Sequence record: PQ462667.1 | Reading direction: 5' to 3' (one strand) | From: Escherichia phage HMD-P3 | Length of the DNA stretch: 64,000 nt | In this document: positions 55,393 through 64,000 of the stretch, piece by piece | Layout of the letters: each line of letters opens with the position of its first letter | Position numbering within the stretch: the first letter of the stretch is position 1 | Notes under the pieces: model-generated | The model's database searches: none | Told to the model about the DNA's origin: nothing | Seen by the model: the letters and a program-made list of their open reading frames with translations, nothing else | Position numbers and translations under genes: made by a program

Positions 55393-56003
55393 AGACTTTC
55401 CCGTAAATTTAATGAGATGTTGGAATATGTTCCGTTATTATTTAGTGTAGACCCAAAAGCATCACCATTCATGAGTTTTGTTCTAAATAGTATTCCATTA
55501 AATACTGGCTTCTCCGCTCCAGTAGTAGTTATAAATAAATCAGGGTATAAGTTTATAGACCATGTATTACCTGATTTGTTAAATGATGTTATTTTATATA
55601 CTTTTGGGTGGTTAGACAGCTTAAATAGATCCCCCGGTTTTGGAGTACCTGTAAGAAGTCCTTTTGTATCCATAGTTATATTAGAACCCTTCTGTCCAGC
55701 GGGTATACTTACTAGACTAGTATTACCTCTAACTCTAAAAGCTTCGTATTGTGGTAGTATAACATCAATATAACCACCAGTCCTTTTGTATTCTAGAATA
55801 AAAGCATCTAGAACACTATATTCATCTGGAAATAATTCTGGATAAGAAATATTTATACCCCAGTATTGAGCAGATACCTTAACTTCGTTAACTTTACCAT
55901 TTGGTAACTCATCACGAATTACTGGGTCATTATCAATCAGGTTAACACTTTCGAATCCTAAGCCTGAAAGTTCTGGATTCGTGTATGGGTCTGGTAATCT
56001 CAT
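55389..56003 (-). CDS. distal tail protein (Dit, T5 pb9-like, 204 aa)
   Basis: 204-aa ORF directly downstream of the tape measure gene. Confidence 0.6.
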   Translation of the reverse strand: MRLPDPYTNPELSGLGFESVNLIDNDPVIRDELPNGKVNEVKVSAQYWGINISYPELFPDEYSVLDAFILEYKRTGGYIDVILPQYEAFRVRGNTSLVSIPAGQKGSNITMDTKGLLTGTPKPGDLFKLSNHPKVYKITSFNKSGNTWSINLYPDLFITTTGAEKPVFNGILFRTKLMNGDAFGSTLNNNGTYSNISLNLRESL

Positions 56004-56070
56004 AGTTAATTTCTCCTCTTTAATAACAATATTATAATAGTATTAGAAAATTTTATCAAGAAATTTTTAT

Positions 56071-56106
56071 TTTTCCATAAAGAAAAGGAGGACTCAAAGT
56101 CCTCCT
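56071..56106 (-). terminator. hairpin terminator/attenuator downstream of the tape measure gene
   Basis: 8-bp stem aggaggac/gtcctcct, 4-nt loop, followed on the minus strand by a U-rich run. Confidence 0.5.
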
Positions 56107-56112
56107 CCAGTT

Positions 56113-59100
56113 TTAAGAATTTCCTAATGTTTTCAGACTAGCACCGTTCTCATTCAGAGCTAATTCTACTGCGTCTCTCAGAGCACCACTATTACTAGAA
56201 GCAAACTCTCTAAAACTTGCAGCATCCATAGCACTAATATTCAGGATGATAGGTCTTCCTGAAGTTGAGTTAGATGAAGTTTTTAGCTCATCATTAGGTG
56301 TAGATTTCATAGGAACCATAGGGGTAACTACTTCTGTACCATGTTCACCCATTTGATAACTAACCCCAGGGTACATATTACCACCCTCAGCACGAGGAAC
56401 GAAAGAATTAGCACCACCTATACCTTTATCGCCTCTGATATAAGATAATTCACCAGCATTAGCAGACATAGACACATCTATATTCTTCTGACGCTCTCCT
56501 AAGGTTAGGTAACTAGTTGTATTTGCTCCAGAATCCACAGAGGGTATAGAGGATGCACCAGAAGCAGCGGCTAAGGATAGTGCGCCTGCAGCAGCCGCAG
56601 TGGCCATCATCGTTAACCCTAATGGTAAGAACGGACGGGTAGCTGCAGCGTTCATCATAGCTACGGCTGTAGATATGATTATTTGCTTTTTAGCTTCTCG
56701 CTGTTGTATCTTAGTCTTTTCTGCCTCCAACTTCTTGATTTTAGCTTTAGATTCCTCAGACTTACCATCACGCTTCTGTTCTGCTGCAATAGCCTGGTCT
56801 ATTGCACTTATTTGCTGGTTAGCGGAATATGCCATCATCTGTCCCACCATCTGCATACCTGCAGATATGGTTGTTATACTATCCAAGCTATCTTGTGCAT
56901 TAGCCACCACTGCTAAGGAGAAATTACCTATGCTGTTAGCCAATGCTGTAGAAGCAGAATCCACTTCTGACATCTTAGCTATAGCCTGATCATACATAGA
57001 CATTCTATTCTCAAAATCAGCAAACTCCTTATCAGCACCAGATAATCCATAGGTAGGAGTGAAGGTACCCCCTAGTGAGGATACGACTGATTTGTACTTT
57101 TGATCCTCTCTTTGCTTTTTAAGCTGTTCTAAGGCTGCTGAAGTTTTATAAATCTCATTACGATATTTAATTTCTTCTTCAGTATTATCTTTAGACAGCT
57201 CCAGCTGCTGCTGCAGAATAGATAACCTTTCAGTGAGAATCTGTGACTGACCAGTGACATTTCTCTGCGTTTGGCTAACCTCTAAGGCATCCATAAGGGC
57301 GGATACATGAGTAGCAGTAGCTTGCTTTTCTGCTTCCCACTTCTCTCTCTCTAGCTGTGCCTGTGCACGTCTAGATTGTTCCAGTTTAACCTGGCTATCA
57401 GCCTGTTTAGCGTATAGCTTAGTTTTTTTCCCCTCTAACTCTAGTTCAAGATCTAACTGTGCTAGACGATACTGAGTATCAGTCATAGTACGGTTATTTA
57501 AAAGGGCTATTTCTTCGTCAATGCCAAGAATTTTATCTGTTTGATCCTTAACCTTTTTAGCGGTTTCAAATCCTTGAGCTTTAGTGTTGAGAATTTCCGT
57601 TTCTATTTTAGCTACTTGTTTTAATGCTTCAGGATCATTTGGATTTATAGCTAATAGTGTTTTTGCTGCACTAAGCTGTTCCTGTTGTTGACGCAGTAAT
57701 ACTTCCCTAGCTGCTGCCTCTGCCTTAGCCTTGTCCTTAGTCTGAGCGTAAACCTCATCCTTACGTTTAGCTACCTCTAGTGCATTCTGCTCAGTTTTAT
57801 CCATAGCAGTTACATATTCTGCTAGGCCTTTCTGAGCATTCTTAATTTGATCTAGGCTTGTGAAACCTAGATTTAGATCCTTAACTAGAGTATCTGCACT
57901 TTGCCCAGTTATTTTAGAAGTATCTTCTATTGCCTTTACAACACTGTTTAGGTCACTAGAGGCTTTCTTAGCGTTAGTAATACTACTTGCCGCCATTTTT
58001 ATGTTATTTGCAGTATCACTAGAACTTTTCTTCAGGAAGTCAAAGTTCTTCTGTATCTCTGCGGCAGCTTTGAGGTTCTTAGGATCAATTTCGAATACTC
58101 CTTTTTCTCCCGGGATAGCAGTGGCAGCATACTTCATTTTAGCTCCTAACTGCTCAGCCAGATTGCCATTACGTAACAGAGCTTCCCCGGTATCCTGTAC
58201 CGCCTGTCTTAGAACCTTCTCGGTTTTGGCTCGTTCTTCTATTTCTTTGTTTTGACGAGCCAACTCATTAGTAAGCTGTACTACTAACAGATTACTCTCA
58301 TCTGTAGGAAGACCACCAAAAGCAGTCAATGCATTGACAAAAGGAGCAGTAAATGATTGTTTTGCTTTAATATCATCCAATTGCTGTTTAATCTCTTGAG
58401 CTTTCTTAATACGTTCTTCACTTTCTTTAAGATATGTATCTAGGTCTTCTTGAGCCCCTACAGCATTCCCTATTAAAGCTGTAACGTTTTCAGATGGAGT
58501 AATTTTAGCGGATGCACTACGTGCCATTGCAGAAACTCTTGATTGAGAAGCCTTAGTTTGGTATAAGAAAGTATTAAGTGTATCCATAACAGGATTTAAG
58601 TATGTAGCAGCACTTTGTTGTAAACTTCTTAGAGCTGAGTTAGCATTGGCAGCAAATTGTTCCCAAGAGGTTGCCTTAAGAGCATCATCCAGGTATCCAA
58701 ATCTACGAGTAGACTCTGCAATAACCTCATTTGCATATGCTTGTTGTCTCTGGTAGGTAGTCAGGCTATCTACAGTATATTTAATGCCGGTACTAGTAGC
58801 ATTTAACTGTTTAACATAATTTGCATACGCATCGTTAAGACGAATAGTAACACCAAGTTCATCCAGAAGTTCAATTTCTTGTTTTGATACACCCTTAATT
58901 ACACGGTTAAGTGCATCAGTCATATCAACACCAAGAACAGCAGCAGCACGACGTGCTACTAAACCAAACTGCTCCAATTGTTCACTGTCAAATCCATAAG
59001 CGGAAGCAGTAGATGCTTGGCGCATAGCTTCTTCAAAGGATATAGCACCATTAGTAGCGTTTTGTAGTGATAAAGCTAGTGTCTGTACAGGTGTACCTGT

Positions 59101-59775
59101 TATGGTACCAACAATAGTGCCAAACTGCTCTAACCTGTTTAGCTGATCACCTACTTTTAGGTTCTCAAAAGCAGTCTGTAGGACGTATACGTTAGAAGCA
59201 AAGGCTGCGTATAGTATAGGTAGACGACCACCGATCTTAGCCATTGCCGCAAAATCACGAGTAGCTCCGCGTGCTGAACCGGAAGTATTACCTAAAGCTC
59301 TAGAAGCCCTACCAGCAGCACCAGCAGTATCATTAAAACCTCTAGATGTACCACCTAAAGCTCTATTAGTATCGTATAGCCTATCTTGAACTTTCTCTGT
59401 TGCAGCTGCAACATCATTACCCATTGCTTTAACAGATCTAGAGACTCCATTAAACCCAACCTCTAGTTTATCCGCTACTTCGATCATTGCAATAGCTAGA
59501 TCATCTAACTTAACACCAATACTATCAATGGATTTAGTGATACCAGCCATACCCCTACTAGCTTGCATTTTAGTAAGACTTTTTGCTGCTCTATCCGCTG
59601 CCCTCTCAATGGAGTAAAGGGTTTTGGGCATTTTACCTAACTGCTCGTTTGTCAGTTCGGAAGCAGCAGCAGCGTTTTCTAACGCATCAGATACGTTTTC
59701 AATAGACTTTGCAGTACGAGTTGCCCCCTTCTGCTTAACGTCTATTAGTAATTCTCGTATTAGCTTATCAGTCAT
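56113..59775 (-). CDS. tail tape measure protein (T5 pb2-like, 1220 aa)
   Basis: Very long Ala/Gln/Lys/Glu-rich coiled-coil protein with C-terminal hydrophobic and Gly-rich segments; located between the chaperone pair and Dit. Confidence 0.85.
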   Translation of the reverse strand: MTDKLIRELLIDVKQKGATRTAKSIENVSDALENAAAASELTNEQLGKMPKTLYSIERAADRAAKSLTKMQASRGMAGITKSIDSIGVKLDDLAIAMIEVADKLEVGFNGVSRSVKAMGNDVAAATEKVQDRLYDTNRALGGTSRGFNDTAGAAGRASRALGNTSGSARGATRDFAAMAKIGGRLPILYAAFASNVYVLQTAFENLKVGDQLNRLEQFGTIVGTITGTPVQTLALSLQNATNGAISFEEAMRQASTASAYGFDSEQLEQFGLVARRAAAVLGVDMTDALNRVIKGVSKQEIELLDELGVTIRLNDAYANYVKQLNATSTGIKYTVDSLTTYQRQQAYANEVIAESTRRFGYLDDALKATSWEQFAANANSALRSLQQSAATYLNPVMDTLNTFLYQTKASQSRVSAMARSASAKITPSENVTALIGNAVGAQEDLDTYLKESEERIKKAQEIKQQLDDIKAKQSFTAPFVNALTAFGGLPTDESNLLVVQLTNELARQNKEIEERAKTEKVLRQAVQDTGEALLRNGNLAEQLGAKMKYAATAIPGEKGVFEIDPKNLKAAAEIQKNFDFLKKSSSDTANNIKMAASSITNAKKASSDLNSVVKAIEDTSKITGQSADTLVKDLNLGFTSLDQIKNAQKGLAEYVTAMDKTEQNALEVAKRKDEVYAQTKDKAKAEAAAREVLLRQQQEQLSAAKTLLAINPNDPEALKQVAKIETEILNTKAQGFETAKKVKDQTDKILGIDEEIALLNNRTMTDTQYRLAQLDLELELEGKKTKLYAKQADSQVKLEQSRRAQAQLEREKWEAEKQATATHVSALMDALEVSQTQRNVTGQSQILTERLSILQQQLELSKDNTEEEIKYRNEIYKTSAALEQLKKQREDQKYKSVVSSLGGTFTPTYGLSGADKEFADFENRMSMYDQAIAKMSEVDSASTALANSIGNFSLAVVANAQDSLDSITTISAGMQMVGQMMAYSANQQISAIDQAIAAEQKRDGKSEESKAKIKKLEAEKTKIQQREAKKQIIISTAVAMMNAAATRPFLPLGLTMMATAAAAGALSLAAASGASSIPSVDSGANTTSYLTLGERQKNIDVSMSANAGELSYIRGDKGIGGANSFVPRAEGGNMYPGVSYQMGEHGTEVVTPMVPMKSTPNDELKTSSNSTSGRPIILNISAMDAASFREFASSNSGALRDAVELALNENGASLKTLGNS

Positions 59776-59787
59776 ATTTTATTTTTC

Positions 59788-59823
59788 CCAATAAAAAAGG
59801 CTCTGGGCAAATCACCCAGAGCC
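59788..59823 (-). terminator. hairpin terminator/attenuator immediately upstream of the tape measure start
   Basis: Perfect 9-bp stem ggctctggg/cccagagcc, 7-nt loop, followed on the minus strand by TTTTTTATT. Confidence 0.55.
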
Positions 59824-59858
59824 AAGCCTCATCGTGGAACGCCCATTGGAGGAAACTT

Positions 59859-60227
59859 TTACCGTGCTCGAGATCTAGCATGTGGCTTAACGTTAGGAAT
59901 CCTTCCGTTTTGCGGTTTATGCTTCTCAGCACGTTTACGTGCAGCATCTACAGCTTTAGCATCAAATATATTGATAATGTGTAGAACAAATTCTTTTTCT
60001 ATAGGATCAGTAATCCCATAAATATCAAATAAAACACCTAATGCAGCCTTATCCTTACCTATAAAAATAGGAAAGTCACCTGGTATAAAGCAGTCAATTA
60101 GACTGTTATAAATATTCATACTAACAGATACAATAGGCGGAAAATCTTCGAGTTCAACGGGCATAGCCTTAGGATCAGGTTCTATACCCATGGACTCGCA
60201 AAGTATTAAATATTGTTGTTTAGTCAT
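59859..60227 (-). CDS. tail assembly chaperone, downstream ORF (T-like)
   Basis: 122-aa ORF just upstream of the tape measure gene; no obvious SD before its ATG; its frame is open for 29 codons upstream, overlapping the end of the preceding ORF. Confidence 0.45.
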   Translation of the reverse strand: MTKQQYLILCESMGIEPDPKAMPVELEDFPPIVSVSMNIYNSLIDCFIPGDFPIFIGKDKAALGVLFDIYGITDPIEKEFVLHIINIFDAKAVDAARKRAEKHKPQNGRIPNVKPHARSRAR

Positions 60228-60288
60228 TTTAGATGCTGAGCTTTTAATGCACTTATCAGCAAAGTCAGCAACAGCATCTAGGAGTTCT

Positions 60289-60693
60289 TTACGCTTTTGG
60301 GCTACGAAAAGTGTCTAAGTGGAACACTGTCTGGTTGATCCAAGAATCAAACGCAGCAGAGTTCTGCATAAGCATTACAGCATTATCACGACTGAATGGA
60401 ACTTCAGTAGCAGGATCAGCATCTGTTTCAATCAGCATCAGTTTTTCAACGTCACCTACAGTCAAACCAGTCCAACCTTTAATAGCTGCATCAACAAAGG
60501 CTTCAATGAACTTATCATCATCCTGTACCTGAACCAAAGTACCGTTAACCCATTCATCGCGTTTAGCAGAAGAAATAACACGTTTAGAGGTAGCACGAGA
60601 CATATAGTTAAGTTCTAGTTTAAAGTTCGGCATACCTGGGTAGGAAAGAGTAATAGTACGAGTATCAAGAGTAATATCTTTTAAATTAATCAT
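60289..60693 (-). CDS. tail assembly chaperone, upstream ORF (G-like)
   Basis: 134-aa ORF at the conserved chaperone position; ATGA-type overlap with the upstream gene. Confidence 0.45.
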   Translation of the reverse strand: MINLKDITLDTRTITLSYPGMPNFKLELNYMSRATSKRVISSAKRDEWVNGTLVQVQDDDKFIEAFVDAAIKGWTGLTVGDVEKLMLIETDADPATEVPFSRDNAVMLMQNSAAFDSWINQTVFHLDTFRSPKA

Positions 60694-61589
60694 TTTTTAA
60701 TTTCTCCAAAGAAATCTATTCTCACTGGGTCTGAAGAAGCAGTAGGTATAATATCCCACTCAACTCTATACACATCTGAGAACTCTAGGCGTTTTGTAAT
60801 ACGTGCTGAAGGAAAATCTATAGAAATATTATTATTTCTTATCGTTAAAGGTACATCTATCTCCGGTTCTATATTATAAACCATATCTCCTGCAAAACGT
60901 TTTAAGTAGTACAGAGAAATGGTTGCCGAAGCATTCATTTCAGTTACATAGGCTCTTTTATTATTATAAATTTTATTTATATCAAAAACACTCTTATCCT
61001 CTCTCCAGGAGCACTGCTGTTGGAAAGATAAAGAGGCAGAAATAAGACCGGGTAAGATGCTGCCATTAGTAGAAGCTATTACTGGGCTGTAAGACATTAC
61101 TTCACCCTGTATAATAGAAGCTGCTTCTCTATACGTAGATACTTCTGAGAATTTCCCAGACTCAATACCAACATTAAGAATTGGTATATTCTTATCTAAA
61201 GAAAAATCTACCGTAGATACATAGCAGTTTTCAAAATATACACAGTTATTATCTTTATTTACTATATAGATATTGAACATAATAGGTTCAATATTACTAC
61301 TATATAGTGGTAGTAAGAAAGTATTACCTTTTCTATCAAAACCTAACCATTCAAAGAAGTTAGCCTCAGTAAGAGTATTACTGAAATTTACTGCTAGAGA
61401 GATAGAAGAGGGGGTTTGAGCATTTATAATAGAGTCTGCATAGTTAGTTCTACGATGAACAGTCCTACGAAGAGTCTTGAATTCCTCGTAGGAAGTCTGT
61501 ATATCATAGTTTGATAGGGCATCAAAATGAAATGCCCTACCATCATACTCAACTATAACTTTTGACTCTCTCATTAGAGAGTAATACAT
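60690..61589 (-). CDS. tail protein (299 aa)
   Basis: ORF between the major tail tube gene and the chaperone pair; by synteny. Confidence 0.5.
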   Translation of the reverse strand: MYYSLMRESKVIVEYDGRAFHFDALSNYDIQTSYEEFKTLRRTVHRRTNYADSIINAQTPSSISLAVNFSNTLTEANFFEWLGFDRKGNTFLLPLYSSNIEPIMFNIYIVNKDNNCVYFENCYVSTVDFSLDKNIPILNVGIESGKFSEVSTYREAASIIQGEVMSYSPVIASTNGSILPGLISASLSFQQQCSWREDKSVFDINKIYNNKRAYVTEMNASATISLYYLKRFAGDMVYNIEPEIDVPLTIRNNNISIDFPSARITKRLEFSDVYRVEWDIIPTASSDPVRIDFFGEIKK

Positions 61590-61593
61590 TTAA

Positions 61594-63003
61594 TTAGCCA
61601 CCAGAACCGGTAACTGTAATGCTCTTAGTACCTTCTACACCAGAACCGTCTTTAGCTACAGCTTTAACAGTAACTTCTCCAGTCTTAGTAGTGTCCGCAG
61701 TTAATAGACCAGATTCTGGATCAATTGTAGCTGCATCACCACTAGAAATAGACCAAGTTACAGCACTATTAGTAGCATCTGAAGGAGTTACTTCAACAGA
61801 CATTTGTAGAGTATTGCTATTCTCCACTGAAGCTGCATCACCAGCAGATTTAACTGTGATTGATTCAACTAGTTTTGGTGGAGTTTTAGCGCCATCTCCT
61901 GTAGCAATCAGATTAGCCACAGTGGTTTTAGTATACTTGTTAGAGAAACCAAGATAACCCTCATCACCAGTATCCAAATCTGTAGGAATAGCTTTAAACT
62001 CTACTGAAGTACCAAGTACATCATCAGTCTCAATAGTAGGAATGTTAACGTGTGCCTGTTTAGCAACCAACACAGCTGCCGGGCGTTCATCATCATACTC
62101 ACCACCAAGGATAAGTGCAATTTCAAACTTGTTAACTACCTTCAAGGTTTTGATAAGATCTTTATACAGTTCCATAGAACCAAGAGATTTATCATTTAGA
62201 TAGGCAGTTAGTGAACCAGTTAATTCAAATGCACCCGTAAATGAACCAATCGGAATATTTACACGGGACATAATATTCGGGGTTAGGTACGTGATGTTGT
62301 TATTAATGGTGAAAGTACCGCCAGTAATAGGGATATCATATGCCTTATCAGAATCCATATCCTTAATCTTCAGGATAGTCAGTTTGTTCTTAATATAAGA
62401 ACTCTGAATAGTCATATAAGTTTCATCATCAATACCTACAGTATCAGGATCAAATGGTTGCTCATCCAGAGGAATAAGCTGAGTACCATTACCAGACCAA
62501 GTTACACGACCAATATCCTCAATATCAACGTTAACTTCTGCCTGATTAATCTGACAGGAATCGATATAACTCCATGCTTTGTCAGTCAGGATGTAGATAT
62601 GCAGCATTGCCAGCTCGTGGTACGCATTATCTTTAAAGTTAACCATAAAATTGGTTTCGTTATTATGTGCTCCTGTATCACCTTCCAGGTTCAGAGCTTT
62701 ACCACTAGAAAGAGCGTGCCATAACATATAGTCAGGAACAATCTGTTTATTAGTAGTTTTATCTTTGTATGGCAGGATATAAGTAGAGAAACTCCACTCA
62801 GCCGCGTTTAAAGAGTCATTAAAACGTTTAGAACCACGAGTTGGACGCGGACCAGCTTCATTAACAGTAATATCTGTTGAGTTACTGTCCTGACCCCAAG
62901 AAATATCATCCTGAACTAGAATCTCTTGCGTGTTGGTCTTATTATGACCAGTCTTAACCGTAGACACGAAGATTCGAGTATTACGTAATAGTTGTAAAGA
63001 CAT
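61594..63003 (-). CDS. major tail tube protein with C-terminal Ig-like (Big_2-type) domain (T5 pb6-like)
   Basis: 469 aa; C-terminal ~90 aa (ITVKSAGDAASVENSNTLQMSVEVTPSDATNSAVTWS...VTVKAVAKDGSG) resembles a bacterial Ig-like decoration domain. Confidence 0.75.
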   Translation of the reverse strand: MSLQLLRNTRIFVSTVKTGHNKTNTQEILVQDDISWGQDSNSTDITVNEAGPRPTRGSKRFNDSLNAAEWSFSTYILPYKDKTTNKQIVPDYMLWHALSSGKALNLEGDTGAHNNETNFMVNFKDNAYHELAMLHIYILTDKAWSYIDSCQINQAEVNVDIEDIGRVTWSGNGTQLIPLDEQPFDPDTVGIDDETYMTIQSSYIKNKLTILKIKDMDSDKAYDIPITGGTFTINNNITYLTPNIMSRVNIPIGSFTGAFELTGSLTAYLNDKSLGSMELYKDLIKTLKVVNKFEIALILGGEYDDERPAAVLVAKQAHVNIPTIETDDVLGTSVEFKAIPTDLDTGDEGYLGFSNKYTKTTVANLIATGDGAKTPPKLVESITVKSAGDAASVENSNTLQMSVEVTPSDATNSAVTWSISSGDAATIDPESGLLTADTTKTGEVTVKAVAKDGSGVEGTKSITVTGSGG

Positions 63004-63029
63004 TTAATTATTTTCTCCTAATCTGTAAC

Positions 63030-63515
63030 TTATCTGCGAAGTGACCTACGTGGAGGCTGATACCTCACTGTTACATTTATTTCTGCTAAACCATATGGGG
63101 CCAGTAGACCCTCATCTGTACTAACTGATGTAATGATCATATCAGTTGCCTCACATGGGAAGGTCGATCCATTAGGTTTACTAACAGTATATTCTAAATT
63201 TCCACCTGTGTCAATAACGGTTTTTATATCCGCTACGAGTTTTTCAAGTTGCTCTTGAATGTCTGTTTTCTCTTTATCGTACACCAGGATTGGAAGTTCT
63301 AAAAACATCCACTGTTGGCCCGAAGGAAGATACTGCCCAGTTTCAGTTCCGATATGAACTGCCACATAAGGAAACTCTCGTATTTCCTCAAATTTATAAG
63401 TTTGACGAGAAACGTTTCCATATAGGTTATTAAAATATTCGTCAGGTTGAGAACCATCCAACTGTTTAGATATACGGTCAACCAGAGCTTGTGCAATACT
63501 TGTTCTATGATCCAT
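63030..63515 (-). CDS. tail completion / head-tail joining protein (161 aa)
   Basis: ORF upstream of the major tail gene; by synteny. Confidence 0.45.
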   Translation of the reverse strand: MDHRTSIAQALVDRISKQLDGSQPDEYFNNLYGNVSRQTYKFEEIREFPYVAVHIGTETGQYLPSGQQWMFLELPILVYDKEKTDIQEQLEKLVADIKTVIDTGGNLEYTVSKPNGSTFPCEATDMIITSVSTDEGLLAPYGLAEINVTVRYQPPRRSLRR

Positions 63516-63518
63516 TTA

Positions 63519-64000
63519 TTATGTTCCTTGATTAACCTTGATTTTATATCTAGAGTGAATCAGGTCTCTTGCAGCTTTTGCTATAGCCTCTCCAATAAGT
63601 TTTTGGGGGTTTCTAGCACCAGGATAAGGTCGTAGAGATAGTCTCCTGTAGGTAGATACTGCAGGGTTGAACACAGAATATGGACGAGTCATATAATTAT
63701 ATGTTACGTTCAATTCAGGGGAGCCTTTACTAGCATCAGAATCGCGGAGCATAACATCCTTAATTTTTAAAGAGTTTGCAAAGCGACCAGTTCTATATTT
63801 TAGTGGTGCTCCTGTCTTCTTCATATCCTTTATTAAGTACTCTTTAGCAACTATCTCTAATATAGCCTTCATATTGCTATTAGACACAAAACGTCCGGAA
63901 GCACCTGTTATTGCACCTGAGTATCCATCCTCTACGTCTCTAGGATCACCAAAGTTTACATCTACTCTGCCTGTAGAACGTTTTTTACCTACCGCAGATT
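63519..64000 (-). CDS. structural protein, partial (runs off the window end)
   Basis: The frame of track ORF 63519-63887 (GTG start) stays open on the minus strand through position 64000, so the true start is probably outside the window. Confidence 0.45.
   Translation of the reverse strand, partial: SAVGKKRSTGRVDVNFGDPRDVEDGYSGAITGASGRFVSNSNMKAILEIVAKEYLIKDMKKTGAPLKYRTGRFANSLKIKDVMLRDSDASKGSPELNVTYNYMTRPYSVFNPAVSTYRRLSLRPYPGARNPQKLIGEAIAKAARDLIHSRYKIKVNQGT

Overview
This window reads as the early-to-late region of a T5-like siphophage (Tequintavirus-type), judged from gene content, protein lengths and a promoter near-identical to my recollection of T5 PN25. Organisation: (1) 1-18.5 kb, minus-strand early genes with a tRNA cluster (4 tRNAs plus one tRNA-like), Toprim, SPFH, GatB/YqeY, SleB-like hydrolase, DnaQ-like exonuclease, RNase H, an HNH homing endonuclease, and the nucleotide-metabolism block thyA-frd-nrdB-nrdA-phoH; (2) 18.9-45.4 kb, plus-strand early genes: nrdD, a Sir2-containing operon, a large P-loop replication protein, a split NAD-dependent DNA ligase, DnaB-like helicase, primase, family A DNA polymerase, SF2 helicase, SSB-like protein, SbcCD-like pair, flap endonuclease, dUTPase; (3) 45.4-64 kb, minus-strand tail module (fibres, collar, pb4/pb3/Dit-like, tape measure, chaperone pair, major tail tube). 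The most important observation is an Illumina adapter embedded at about 49394-49463 inside the repetitive tail-fibre gene, flanked by a roughly 70-100 bp duplication: an assembly artefact, not biology. The best candidates for undescribed biology are a self-contained plus-strand low-complexity cassette at 2.4-4.2 kb, the Sir2/HAD/tandem-paralog operon, and a possible +1 frameshift between the two ORFs upstream of the tape measure gene. All calls rest on motif recognition by eye; no searches were run.
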